64,000 nt of DNA from Octopus bimaculoides (Eukaryota), in assembly GCF_001194135.2 (NCBI RefSeq), contig NC_068984.1:38422767-38486766 (forward strand). The letters are read 5' to 3'. The notes beneath the pieces were generated by a model that saw nothing but the letters and a program-made list of their open reading frames with translations, did no database searches and was not told where the DNA came from. This document shows, one piece after another, positions 47,740 through 61,028 of the stretch. The translations under genes were made by a program, and so were the position numbers. The first letter of the stretch is position 1. Each line of letters starts with the position of its first letter.

Positions 47740-48135
47740 TTACTGTTGGAAAGGAAATTCCTCCCGTCAACTGTATCATCATTATTGCTATCCTACTGCT
47801 CTCTTCTGCATCTCCTCTATCTTCTCCAACTCATCCATCATTGGTCACCCCCCCATCACTACCACTCCCTATACTCACTCTTCAACCCTACCCAATCTTT
47901 ACCAGTGTTGCATTCCTCCCCCTTCTCCTCTTACATTCCCTTGTCTCTTGCTCCCCTATGCATTTGCAACCCCCACCTATCAAATTCACCTAGTCTCTGT
48001 TCCCACTCCTACATCGAAGGGGCCACCTAGACACCTCATCACCACTATCTCTCTCTGCAGCTCTTACTGATCATTCTAACCCTCTTTTCTAAATGTGAGT
48101 AGCCATGGAGCACTTCTACAACAAGAACCTACTCT
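47740..48135 (+). mobile_element. Old pyrimidine-rich repeat homologous to 33690-34130
   Basis: See the 33690-34130 entry. Confidence 0.5.
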
Positions 48136-48233
48136 GCCCCTTTTTCTTATATCTTAGCTCTCACCTCATCCCCTGAGGTTGCAGTCCTGTGAACCACATA
48201 GTTACCTCATTAGTGTTACAAGTGTGCATGCAC

Positions 48234-48264
<31 letters not shown>

Positions 48265-48842
48265 GCACTACATTTGAAGTGGTTGGTGTTTGACACAGAT
48301 GTGCGTGCGCAGACACACACGAACACACACACACACACACAAGAAAAAAAAGCACCGAGTACATGTAAAATGGTTGGCATTCAGAAAGGTATCCAGCCAC
48401 AGAAACCATGCCAAAGCTGACATTGGACCATGATGCAGTCCTTCGACCCATCAGATCCTGTTAAACTGTCCAATCCAAGCCAGCATGGAACATGGAGATT
48501 AAATAATACTGATGTATCTTTGTTTTTCTTACTATCATTGCACCTGCTGATATTGATAGTGTACATTGGCACAAGGCCACGAATGTATAGGAGAAGGAAC
48601 ATAGTGAATTGCTTACTGTATATTAATAGCATAGCATAGCAGCATGATTTATGAGGCCACTTTATCACTAAGTGGTTTCAGATTCAACTCTATGCATAAC
48701 ACCTTGGGCAAATGTCTTCAACTATAGCCATGGGTTGGGAGTGAAATTTCATAAACAGAAGCTACACAAAAATCTTTTATATGCCTATACAGGGTGGGCC
48801 AAAAGTCATGCACAAAATAAGTTCAATATGATCTGGGATTAG

Positions 48843-49078
48843 GGTAGCAAGCTGGCAGAATCGTTAGCACACTGGACGAAATGCTTAGCAGTATTTCGTC
48901 TTCCATTACGTTCTGAGTTCAAATTCTGCTGAGGTCGACTTTGTTTTTCATCTTTTCAGGGTCAATTAAATAAGTACCAGTTACGCACTGGGGTCGATGT
49001 AATCAACTTAATCCCTTTGTCCATGTTTGTCCCCTCTATGTTTAGCATCCCCCCCCCTGTGAGCAATAAAGAAATAAA
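48843..49078 (+). mobile_element. SINE family B with a third tail type
   Basis: Family B head and body, then ttaatccctttgtcc...tgtgagcaataaagaaataa. Confidence 0.85.
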
Positions 49079-49584
49079 TATGACCTGGGACTGTCAAAGA
49101 CATGCTTCAATTTGAAGCAAGATAAATAAAAAATTATGAATACACATGTACTTGTACATGATGAACAAAATAATAATAATAATATAATATAAATATAGTC
49201 AAATGTTTCGATGCATGTCTTTTGGCCGTGTGTGTGCGTGAATACATATTTACATGTCCCAATGTATTGGCACACTGACACTATTTTAGGCAGCAGTGGC
49301 ATTAAGCCCTGCATGAAGCAAAATGTCCAGTAGCTTTGAGGTTCAATGTGTGAAGACATGGAATAAAGTACTTTACATGAACACAAAGGATGATGTGAGA
49401 AAAGGCATCCAGGTGTAGACTACTGCCTCAGCAGAAAGTCTTGTCCAACCCCTGCCCTCACAAAAATAGTGGAGGTACAAAATGAAGAGTAAACCCTTTC
49501 TACAATGTGACAGCTGGTATGATTTGAACTCTTGGCTCTCTAATAATCCTACCATCTGCTGCTCATCATGACACTGAAATTTCT

Positions 49585-49990
49585 GAAATGGTTATGTTGT
49601 GAAGAAGTTCATTTCTCAACCACATGATTTTCAGATTTAGTACCACTGCATGGTACTCTTGGTCAAATAATTTTTATACTGTAGCTCTGGACCAACCAAG
49701 GCCATGTAAGTGAATTTGAAAGACAGAAACTGAAAGAAGCTCATCTCGTGTGTGCGTGTGTGTGTGTGTGTGTGTGCATGCGCTTGTGTTTTCTTGTCTT
49801 GACATTGTGTGGTGTTTGTCAGTAATCATCACCATCATGCATGTCTGGCCAAGGGATAATAATACCTTACATGGAAATGGGTAAGAGTTGGTATCAAGAA
49901 AAGCATCCAACCATAATCTACTTCAACAAATTCCATCTGACTCATGCAGACATAGAAAAAGTAGACATTGAAACAGTAATGACAATGTGT
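49585..49990 (+). mobile_element. SINE family A with RTE-like tail
   Basis: gaaactgaaagaagctcatc(gt)n...ttcttgtcttgacat...catctgactcatgcagacatagaaaaagtagacattgaaac. Confidence 0.75.
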
Positions 49991-51867
49991 AAGCTTGCAC
50001 AATGTGTATAGATAGAAATGAAAGTAAATCTCCCAAGAAGTGTGTGACCTAGTCTTGATGTTCTGTTAAAGCTATTTTATTGTCTTAGCATTATTAATGA
50101 TGTTAGAAAAAGTAAGTAGAAAAAACAAACCCACCAGGAAAATCATAACTTCTCATTTATTCTTGACTTAAACTGTAGGCTTCATGCCAATAAATTCAGC
50201 TATGTTCAAGAGCTTAGAAATGATGGTTTCTAATTGGGCTGGCTTGCCAGTGTCTTATTCAAATATGTTCATGTGGCAGTGTATTTGTAATTAGTGATAT
50301 CAATGAATAAATGATGATTGCTACTATATGCGGTGACAGGTAAAATGAGAATTAGAAATATAAGCGAGCTGGAAACAATCAGGAATCAAAACCAAGCGAT
50401 AGACATTGTACGAGCTTATTTCACACAAAATTTTTTAAATAATTAGTCATTTTCAATTATGTATAAACAAACTACTTCTAACCCTCAACAAAGATCAGGT
50501 GAGACCACAATCAAGTGGGTTTTTTTCACATTTGGGATGGTACTGCTGCTTACAAACCTCCTAGATTACATCCAGAGAGAGAAAGAGAGACAGAGAACAC
50601 TGAACTGATTGGCATTAAGTTATTCACAATTTCTCATCCACAGACAAGCTGCCTCCTCTCTCTCTCTTTTCTATTGAACTACAATGGTCTACGTGTCTCA
50701 GAGCTGGATTGTCTCTTGCCACTACAGCTTAGGTAGTCTCAACTCATTTGTCACTCTTCTTCCTCAGGCCCCATGCTAATCACGATGCACAGTCCTTTCT
50801 TCTTAGAACATCACCTTGCTGGAATCTCCTCCTTGCACATGTTTTTGTTGCAATTGTCGACTTGCAACATTAATGCAAGCAAAGCACCAAACTGCATCAG
50901 TCTCACTGCCTTAGAGGGTCTGCAAAGGACAGGAGTGCAGTTGCTTCTTCTGAGCCAAACTAATAACAAAAAACTAAACAAAAAGGCCACTGGAACGCAT
51001 GCCTAATCTGTGATTTTTGTATTTAATTTTGTGAGTTTATGTAAATAAGAATTTAACTGAGAAGTTATTAAATCTTAAGTTTAAACAAGCAGCTATAATT
51101 GTTTAGTCTTAAATAATCTTTTTTACAAAAGTAGATCAAAATAATATACTTACTTCAAAAGGTAAATTTTTCAGAAAACATCTTGAAGGAAAAGAGGAAA
51201 AATAACCATGCCTCCAGTTTTCACAACAACAAATTCATAGCTAGCCACATTCAACTGAAAATAAAGAACAGATAGCTTGAGTAATTATGTTAATATATTT
51301 AGTACACCAATTTATTCTCATTTGTGAGGTAATTGCTAATTATTTAAGAATACAGGGGTGGGGAATAAAACTTAATGTATATATATTAAGTTTTATCTAA
51401 ACTACATTTTGAAATAGTACGAATAACTAAATTGGTGCACTGAATATATTAGCCTAATTAAATATATTAACACACTCATATACAAACACACACACATATA
51501 CATATACAATGTAAACACACATAAACAGACATGCAAACACACACATACGATTTTATTTTTCCCTTTTAACTGTTCATTAAATAAGATGTTTGAATTCATT
51601 TTTGCCAATCAATTTTTTTTATTTAAATGTTATCTGAAATAATTAAGCACAAATAAATTTACATTTTTCATGATACATAAAGTAAACAATTAGATTCTAT
51701 GTATGTTAAATGAAGAAATGCATTAGCAAACAAGGATAAAGAAACCATACAGGATCAAATTTAGCATGTTTTCATTGTAAGCATGTGTCAGCTGGATTGT
51801 AATATAATACAAGGATGCACACTTTATATGCACATACCTTGCAGTCTATTGTATATACACACACATA

Positions 51868-52081
51868 CGGGGTGCTGAAAAGTTCCTGGCTTTAAGGGTA
51901 TTGCAAAAGGCCTGGTTGGGGCCCCAACCTTCTGAGTTCTTTTACAGGGCTTAGAAAAACTGAAGGACTGCTGCAATTAATGTGTGAATCTGAGAGGGGA
52001 ATATGTTCAATAAAATTATAATTAACTGATCTTCCTGTACTTTCTTTAACCCAAAGCCAGGAACTTTTCAGCACCTCCTTG
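51868..52081 (+). mobile_element. Mariner-derived MITE retaining the transposase C-terminal codons
   Basis: TA-flanked TIRs (gtgctgaaaagttcctggcttt / aaagccaggaacttttcagcac). 51945-52013 reads QGLEKLKDCCN*CVNLRGEYVQ*, like the mariner ending GI.KL..RW.KC....G.Y.E*. Confidence 0.85.
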
Positions 52082-52940
52082 TATATACACATATATACTT
52101 TCATGTGTCTCTGAAGACTCACTTGTGCACACACACACCAACACTGCATTCACTCCTGTTTTCAGGATAATTTATTTTGAGTACTATTTCTTGATGCTAA
52201 ATTTGAAATCCCCACTTTTTTTTATATTTACAATAATTTTAATTTGCTGATCAAAACAAGTCACAATCCAACAAACCCACTATTGGTAAGTAGAAAATAT
52301 ATTTTCCCATTTTCTGTTGATTATAGAATAAAGCAGTATATGTTTTTGCATTTTTTTTTTTGTTTTTTGGTTGAGTCTTTATTTTCTTTTAGCTGCCCTA
52401 TTTCTGGTGTGAGTACATAGTTACAACTGCATTTAGTTGTGTAGTTTATCATGGTGGAAGTGGCTTGTGTGTTTTGAGTATCTGAAAGTTGCTATATTGG
52501 TTGAAGTCATTATTCCTGGCAGCTCTAACCATACTGGATATTGAGAATCAGGGAAAATGGAAAATGAACGAAAATAAAACCCTAATCTTGCATCTTATGT
52601 GAAATAAATAAATAAATAAAATTCATGTTACAAAATTGCAGAAATGAATAATATAAAGTTGGGAACTAGATACATACAAACCCAGATATTTAGTTCAATG
52701 ACCACTGCTTGTCAAAGTCAATTGGAAGGAAAAATATGATGCAAGATCCTCAGGGAATGAGTAATGAGTAAGTTGAAATATAAATTAGGAAGGAGAGTAG
52801 TCAATACTTCAAAACTTAAACTACCCCACATTTCTCTTCAAAGTTCAAATAACTATGAAATATGTTAATTAAACTTGAAACATTTTATGCCTTATTTATT
52901 TAACTTTTAGACATGAAAATACATATTATATTCTAGTATA

Positions 52941-53141
52941 TGATGGAGTGCTGAAAAGTTCCTGACCTTAAGGGTATTATGAAAGGCCCAACCTTCAGTG
53001 TTCTTTTACAGGGCTTAGAAAAACTGAAGGACTGCTGCAAAAACAGAATCTGAGAGGAAAATATGTTGAATTAAATCATAATTAACTGATCCACCTGTAT
53101 TTTCTTTTACCCAAAGCCAGAAACTTTTCAGCACCCTCTCA
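52941..53141 (+). mobile_element. Mariner-derived MITE (family F)
   Basis: ta|tgatggagtgctgaaaagttcctg ... cagaaacttttcagcaccctctca|ta, with an internal aatctgagaggaaaatatgttgaa (NLRGKYVE). Confidence 0.85.
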
Positions 53142-54289
53142 TAAAGCCTATGTAGAAGCAAACTACTCAGTAGTTCAATTTATTAAGAATCTATACACTT
53201 AAACAACTTACTTCACTTTCCTGTTGGAAAAATATATCAGAACATCTTGAAATATTTCTTGTGAAAGGCTAGTGTCCTATCCTGGATGAAATTTACTTTT
53301 TTGTTTAATGTGATACAGAGTTTAAGCACTGGCCCTTACGAAACTGTCCCCTTGCCATGGCTAGTGGGGCTATTTATATAATTGTATTATAAAACTGAGA
53401 TCACACTCATAGTTATGTATAATAATTGTTTCTATGCTATGTGTGGCGGTGGAGAGTATAACCAAGTTTAGTTGTTTAAAATACATTTCTTTGTAAACAG
53501 AATCAGTCAGAAATATAATGCAATACAATGAAAAATACTTGAGAAAAAATAAGTCCCTCTGCAATGATAAATATAGGAAAAAAAAATTTTTTTTGAGATC
53601 TATGCATGAGATGAAAAAAATAAAGAATTATTACAATTATTCACAGATGTTGTACTTCAAACTTGAAATTCAATAGGAAAATTTAATGCTGGAGGAAATG
53701 GATTATTGCTCAATGGTATTCTTTTGTCAGTGTTAATAGCAGAGTCTATTTAAAATTTAAACACCAGATGTACATTAGTGAATGAATGAATGCAAGGATT
53801 TCCATCAGAAAATTAGAAACTTCACAAAATTTTGCACAAGTTTTATGAAATAGCAACAATCGAGAATAAAGGAATTCAGTCAATGTGCACTACAATGCCT
53901 CAGCTGAAATGACAAAATATATCTCATATCACATGCATGTAAGTATGCATATTGCTTAGAAAAGGAAGGGCAGTGCCCAGAACCTTTGCAGGCCATTCAA
54001 GTGACCAGATCAGGTTAACAGTCACTGAGTGTTTCTATATATTTTGGCTCACTACATATGTTAGTTTGAACATCTGTAAAGTAACATCTGTAAGAGTGTT
54101 GGACAGCCAAATCTCCCATAAGTTACGCCCTACCTTCTTAAAAGAAGGTATGCAACTAGACATTGTAGTTCTAGATAAAGTATGTCTGAAGAAGAAAATA
54201 GGATGAGATGATCACTGCTAGTAAGCATTTAATTGTAGGCCTGTTGGATCAAGGCTAACAGACTTGAATGAGGTTAAACAACAATTTAG

Positions 54290-54680
54290 GTGAAGTCACA
54301 CATTTGCAAGTTGAGCACAGATGGAGATGGAATAGAGTTTCTTAGTTCAGAGGAGCTGATACCATTCTGGTAGTGGTAGAAGGGACAAAGAGAAAAGACC
54401 AGCACAGCTGTGAGCTCATCATTGTATAATGAATTGGTGAGTGATTCTTAGCCATTTAACTGAATAGCCATCTGTGAAAGTGATTAGGATGCCTGTGTAT
54501 AACAGCATTGATTGACATGCCAGATATGGGAGTAGAAATCTCATATGGGTCTTACTTGAGCACTGTAGACGGTCAGCAAATCGGAAGCACTAAAGTATTT
54601 CCTGATCTTCAACAGGAAACATAATCTTTGGCATGCAGTTTCAGCAAAATTATAAATGCAAGGTCACTGTGAGAAATGAG
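54290..54680 (-). pseudogene. CR1/L2-group LINE reverse-transcriptase C-terminal relic
   Basis: The minus frame reads LCFLLKIRKYFSASDLLTVYSAQVRPI*DFYSHIW...FYHYQNGISSSELRNSIP, matching the LL.LYKAQVRP.LEYCSHIW and FYRYY.G.CS.EL motifs. Confidence 0.75.
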
Positions 54681-55602
54681 CAGAGGCTTAGCATTGTTAG
54701 TATTAGCTGTGTGTTGTTTATTCCTAAGAAAGATATGTCAGACAATTTTCTTGATAGGTAGAGTGACTGCTTTTTGCTGTTGGTGAAGGAGGTATGATTA
54801 AAAAGTTCCAGTTGGAAACAAAATGCAATGCTTTTGTATGGAGGGATCTTTTCTGTTTGGCTACCAAGGTTTCAAAAATTAAAGTTTATGTAAAATTTTT
54901 TAATTTGGTACATCAATGTAGTTTTCCGAGCTGAATTGCTGGAGTTATTTCACTTCTTCCAGAAAAATTTTTTTAAAAGTTATAGAGGTTTGAAGTTTGA
55001 TCCTTTTCACTCAGTTAGGAAATAAAATTTGGAAGCTGTCATTTTGTGCGTGACAATACATTTTGTCAATATCCTGAAAATAGCATGTATTGTCACTATT
55101 TGTATTTTACATGCAGAAAATGAGTAAACACATCTTTCGTAGTTTTAAGTACTCAATATGCATTTAATGCAGGTCTCCATCATAAATGCAAGGCTACCAG
55201 AGCTTGCTGCCATAATCAAACAGAACGATAAAATTTCCAGGTGGGTAACACAGTAGAACAAAGCATCAACAAGTGGTTTCAGTATATTTGTCAACATGTG
55301 CTTTCTCACAGAAAAGAGTTAAATGTGTGTGGCTAATGAGTGGCTAAAATTACCCAAATTTTTCAAACTTTAATAGCTAATAACTCTTTATTTATTGATT
55401 TATAGTGAAAATGATTTTCATGGTACTGATTATCCTATAAAGTGTATCATTACACTGAATATGAAATCAATTCGAACACAAATTGAAACTGACAGCTAAA
55501 TGGAAAAGATCCGTATGGAGAACACTAATGTGCAGAAAGCTAAGAAGGAAAAGTATGGGATATTAAACTGAAAGTTATTGTACACCACAGTTGATAGAGT
55601 GT

Positions 55603-55986
55603 GGTTGGCACTCCGTCGCTTACGATGTCAAGGGTTCCAGTTGATCCAATTAATGGAATAGCCTGCTCGTGAAATTAACGTGCAAGTGGCTGAGCACTCC
55701 ACAGACACGTGTACTCTTAACGTAGTTCTCGGGGAGTTTCAGCGTGTCACAGAGTGTGACAAGGCTGGCCCTTTGAAATACAGGTACAACAGAAACAGGA
55801 AGAAAGAGTGAGAGAAAGTTGTGGTGAAAGAGTACAGCAGGGCTCGCCACCATCCCCTGCCGGAGCCTTATGGAACTTTAGGTGTTTTCGCTCAATAAAC
55901 ACTCGCAACGCCCGGTCTGGGAATCGAAAATGCGACCCTACGACCGCGAGTTTGCTGCCCTAACCACTGGGCCACTGCGCCTTCAC
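55603..55986 (-). mobile_element. Young tRNA-headed SINE family G with an 11-bp TSD
   Basis: The minus strand starts ggcgcagtggcccagtggttagggcagc...ttcgattcccagaccggg (A- and B-box-like) and is CpG-rich. tgatagagtgt is duplicated at 55592-55602 and 55987-55997. Confidence 0.88.
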
Positions 55987-57224
55987 TGATAGAGTGTAGG
56001 CCAGGAAGAATTTTAACACCTGCTGCATTGGGGTGATTTAATATATATATTCAAAACATGAAAAACAGATTTCCCATAGATGTGCAATTTTACTAGACAC
56101 AGTTGAAATTCAGGAGATGTTAAGAGAAACAACATAGTTTGCATTGAAATTTTCAGGGGCAAGAAATCATTTGTGCATAAGGGAGCAGAATAAATCTATG
56201 GAATATCTGTTTACCATACTAGTGGATAGAAAGTGGAATGATTGTTTATGACTGATTCCATCATCATCTCAAGGTTTTAAGTAAGGATGATAGGTTGGTA
56301 GTCAGCAGAGTCAGTGAAAATGAAATACACTAACAAAACACTGAAGAGAAAGAAAGCTCAAAGAGTTTGGAAGGATAAGAGCTAACTCTGGAGTAGACTG
56401 ACTATAGATATTGGAAGGAATAGTCAGAACTGATTCAGTCTGTTGGTATGGAGAAAGAGTTTTTGCATGTAACAAATGTGGCAGAGAAAGGAGTAAAATG
56501 GAAAAGAGAAGTTTAGGTAGGGAGTTGTTATGAGTATGAGTGAGTAGTTGCAATGGACAGCAAATAACATGGCTTTATTAACTACTTACAGGGCCATCTT
56601 CATTGTGTAGTTGGTGGAAGAATTATACAGAGTAAGTTTTGTATCTTTCTTGGCAAAGGAACAGCCAACTAGCTGCAGTTTGAAGGTGAGAGAGCTTATA
56701 AATTGTGCAATTCATAAATGCACTTACACTTTCCTAATGATAATTTTGCAGGAGTTGTGATGTTCAGTAAACACTTTCCAGTTTGTAATAGAAGTTGACT
56801 TCTTCCAGATATATGTAGACATAAATATTTATAGCTTGCAATGCATGGATGTTCTGTAGAATTGAAAGAACAGACAGGTGATCTGATAAAAATGATGGCT
56901 ATTTATGTTTATATATTTACATATGTAGTAGTATTAGCATTAACAGAGCAAGAGGCAATGTTAAACAAGCTCATATCTCTGTGCAGCTTCAACTCCAGAA
57001 GGAAGTTAATTCACTTTTATGCTGCTAATTTTCATGGGAAAGGAATAACCTTCATACCATCCTATTTACTTTTCATTAGAATATAATGTTCACTTTAGGA
57101 ATTAAGAGGATAGATAGGATTTTCAGTCAAACCAATACACAATGATTAAACAAAAAATGTTTTTGGTAAACATACATTTATACATAAACACAGTTATAGA
57201 GACAAACATAGGTCCACAATAGCC

Positions 57225-57392
57225 TGCAGGCACTGCTGAGTGGTTATAGCATTGCTTTGTAACCATTTGGTTTCAGGCTCTATCCCACTGTATAGCACCT
57301 TGGGGGCAGGTGCCTACTACTATAGCCCTGGGCTGACTGATGCTTTGTAAGTGGAATTGGTAGGCAAAAACTGTATGGAAGGTGTGTGAGCA

Positions 57393-57483
<91 letters not shown>
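57225..57483 (+). mobile_element. SINE family A head running into a long (TG)n
   Basis: gcaccttgggggcaggtgcctactactatagccctggg...; (TG)n at 57395-57483. Confidence 0.7.
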
Positions 57484-57965
57484 ATATAAGTATGAATGTC
57501 AATATTCCAATGACTGAGCAAAACAGTGATGCCATATTTATATTCCCTGTAAATTATATATCCTGTAACTGTCCCTTTAAAAAGGCCTATAGAATTTAAG
57601 GACCACCAGCAAGAAGACCATCCAACTACAAAAATGCTGCTTCAAATAAGTCTCTAGCCAATATATCCCAGCTTGGAAAAAAACAAAAACAACAAACAAA
57701 ACAGACAAACATCTTTATCATTTTATATCCACTTTTCCATGTTGCTATGGGTTGGATGCATGTAAATGTTTTCCAAAAAATAGAATACTTTTCTCTGGAT
57801 GTGATTAGTCAAAAGGTTTCAAAGAGAGTATATTAAGCATGATCTACATCTCAATGACTTTTCTGTCATAAACCTCAAGATGTTTAACAGAAGTACTAGA
57901 CAAGTATTGGTTGCTTTTCCAAAAGATAATGGTTACTAAATGATATAGTGACAAAATTTCTTTAA

Positions 57966-58191
57966 CCCTTTAGCATTTAAGCTGGCTATATCTGGCCCAA
58001 ATATTCTACTTGTTTTCTGCTCAAGCCAACCAGATCTAGCCTATCACATCTACCCTATAAAGTCATTCTAAAAATATACAATCACATCATCAAAGTTTTA
58101 AAGCTATAAGATAATGCATGATTAATTCAAAACAATGTGAATAAATAACAAGCATTATTACATTTGGTAGAGTATTCTGAATGCTAAGGGG
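57966..58191. mobile_element. piggyBac-like MITE (family E), complete, 226 bp
   Basis: ttaa|CCCTTTAGCATT ... AATGCTAAGGGG|ttag: CCC/GGG termini with a TTAA target site (right copy mutated). Confidence 0.85.
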
Positions 58192-60135
58192 TTAGAGCAT
58201 AACACCATTCTCTTTGTATTTAAGAAATGTTTCATATGTTTATTTCTTTAAGGCAAAAAGTTTGGTGTAGAGTACAAAGCCACTTTTTATAAAGATAATC
58301 CTGTGATATGTCCACACCAAAGGAGAAAATAAATGATGGTCTAAGTTTACCCCTAATAGGTCTGGTTTTATGAAGAGTCGGGGAGGTTTCTACTGAATAT
58401 ATTTTACTTGATTATAATGTACTGATATATAAATACAGAACATTCATACATTAATGGCTGCAGTATATTTACATATTCAGAAATGTGTTGAATTAAATTA
58501 CATTGAAAAAGCAATATTTTCTTTTACACATCGTTAGTATAAGACTGGTAGCTCAGGTAGCATCAGCTAAGTAACCACTAAAACAAAAATTATGAAAATA
58601 CAGGAGAAAATAGTAGCAAAAAGTGGAATATGTAAAAATATTTTGGAGGAAAATCTTTACGGAAAGACTATTAAAATATCAATTATTGAAAAAAAAGGAG
58701 AAATATGAGTAAAACATTTTAGTTCAATACTTTAAATTCTTTCAGAAACTGTTTTTGAAAGATGTTCAGATTTTTAGCTTTGATTCAAAGACAAACTAGA
58801 GAATATTATACTTTATGATTATAACAGTTAATGTTATTTAACTCCCACCACCAATCTATCAAATGTTTTGGAACAATATATGCACAACAAGCAGATCCAG
58901 TACCAATATTTTCCAGTTTTATGTAATTGCATTTTCATTAGAATTTCATCCATTTGCAATATAAACCAAAACAATTTTTCATTTCTAAAATATGGTGCTG
59001 AAGTGAAAATGTATCTGCCACTGAATGCTTAAGTTAAAACAATTGTAGAAAATAGCATCAGCAAGATTATGAGACCAAATCATAATTCTAAATGCAATAT
59101 AAACCACAGTGAATAGTAATGTAGACAAACAGGAACTTCTCTCATAAAACAAGACTAAGTCATTCTGTAAAGCATCATATTTCAATATCAGAGCTATTAA
59201 GTAAATGTTTTAACTTTGCTACAAGTGGGACAAACAGAAGAGGAAAAGGGAAAGTAAAACATCAAAACCAAGAAGTGAAGAAGTAAAACGATTCTATGTC
59301 CATTTCTGTCACAGAAATATAACTCACTGAATAACAAATTATCCATAAATTGATTCAATTTATTTCCACTTTTTATGTTGCTTTCAGGAAGGAAGTAGTA
59401 AGGCAAAAGTCTGGAGATATAGACTTCATAGAATTATATGGAAGTTAGGTGAAGCTGATTGTTGTTAATTTTGAAATGCCTAGCAAAAACAGACAGACAT
59501 GAGTAGGGTTCTAAAAATGTGTATTTCTGTAGAAAGATTTTGTATATTATTTAGTGGACAATATTAGATAATGGAATATAATAAGGACAATGAGATGGGG
59601 AGAATGATTTTTTTTTTTTTTTTTAAGTTTGGGTGCAGTTAATACATTCAGAAAAGAGGGCCATATTAACAATAAAAGGCTAATATTAATGGTAAAAGAA
59701 AACTGAACACATTAAATTAGTACAACAGATGACTGAAAACTGACAATGAAAAAAGTTTCCAAAATAACTAATATTAATATGTAGTCTTCTTATCAAATGT
59801 AACAGTGAATGATGGTAACATACTGTTCTGGATATGGATTAATACTGGGGTTGATTCTGGACTATTTTTGCTCATGACTGTTGTGGTTAAGAAATTCACT
59901 TCACAATTATGTAGTTCTGGGTTCAATCCCACTTTGCAGAACCTTGAGTTAAGTGACTTTCACTATAGCCTAAATATTCTTGTGAATGAAATTTGCTAAA
60001 TGGAAATAGCAGGGGAAGCTCATCAGAGGGATTTTGTTCTTGGGTAGTAGACTAAATCTGTCAACCAGTTTAACAACAGTACTAGGCCCCTGGGTGACAG
60101 TAAAGTTCGCTTGGTTGCAAGCATTCAGACCAGGT

Positions 60136-60247
60136 CTCTCACATCAGAGAATAACTTCTTTCCTCCCAATCACAGAAGTCTCAAAAGGATCATGGGCATG
60201 GCTCTTTTGCCATTAATAAAAATAGAAAAAGTAAAGACATGCTTGAG
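60136..60247 (+). repeat. Left arm of a 112-bp perfect inverted duplication (partner 61029-61140)
   Basis: Base-by-base comparison shows 60136-60247 equals the reverse complement of 61029-61140. Confidence 0.95.
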
Positions 60248-60840
60248 TTTTTACAAAAATGTTGGCTATCCAGAATGAATGGCATAGTTAAAGATAATTA
60301 TTGGGATAATAACTACAACATCTGCAATGCAAGAGTTTATCAACTGAAGCATGTACTGCGGTCCTTAAATTAACTGTGTTCAAAGATTCTCAATAGAACA
60401 GCTAAGATCTTAATTCAGAATGTTACATATAGAGAGTAATTTACTGTCACTTGGTGCTTAAAATCTTTAAAATAGCTAATATTAATCCACACCAAAATAT
60501 TGAAACAAAATCTGTATTTAAATGATTTTAAGCCAACAGTAATTATAGCATTTCAGAGTTGGCAGACTCAATACATTGGACAAAATTCTTAGCATTTCTT
60601 CTGGTTCTTTACAACCTGAGCTCAAATCCTGCTGATGTAAACTCTGCTTTTCATCTCTTTGGGATCAATGAAACCAATCAAGTACTAAGGTTAATGTTAT
60701 TGACTAAACACATCCCCACAAAATTACTTAGACTGTGCCAAAATTAGAAAAAGAAAATCTTAGTTGAACATATTTTCTTGTTATTGAGCCTAACACCAAT
60801 CCCTTGATTGAGCGGAGTTATTCTGAAAAACATTCTAATT

Positions 60841-61026
60841 ATCATCATCATCATCATCATCATCATCGTTTAACGTCCGCTTTCCATGCTAGCATGGGTT
60901 GGACGATTTGACTGAGGACTGGTGAAACCGGATGGCAACACCAGGCTCCAGTCTGATTTGGCAGAGTTTCTACAGCTGGATGCCCTTCCTAACGCCAACC
61001 ACTCAGAGAGTGTAGTGGGTGCTTTT
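60841..61026 (-). mobile_element. Young RTE 3'-end fragment, 5'-truncated at gtgggtgctttt
   Basis: (CAT)n tail then gtttaacgtccgctttccatgctagc..., joined directly to the inverted duplicate. Confidence 0.92.
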
Positions 61027-61028
61027 GT

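Noticed and set aside
50553-50615. Minus-strand ATG...|gtaagc candidate first coding exon
   Set aside because: It ends in phase 2, incompatible with the phase-1 TNFAIP8 acceptor.
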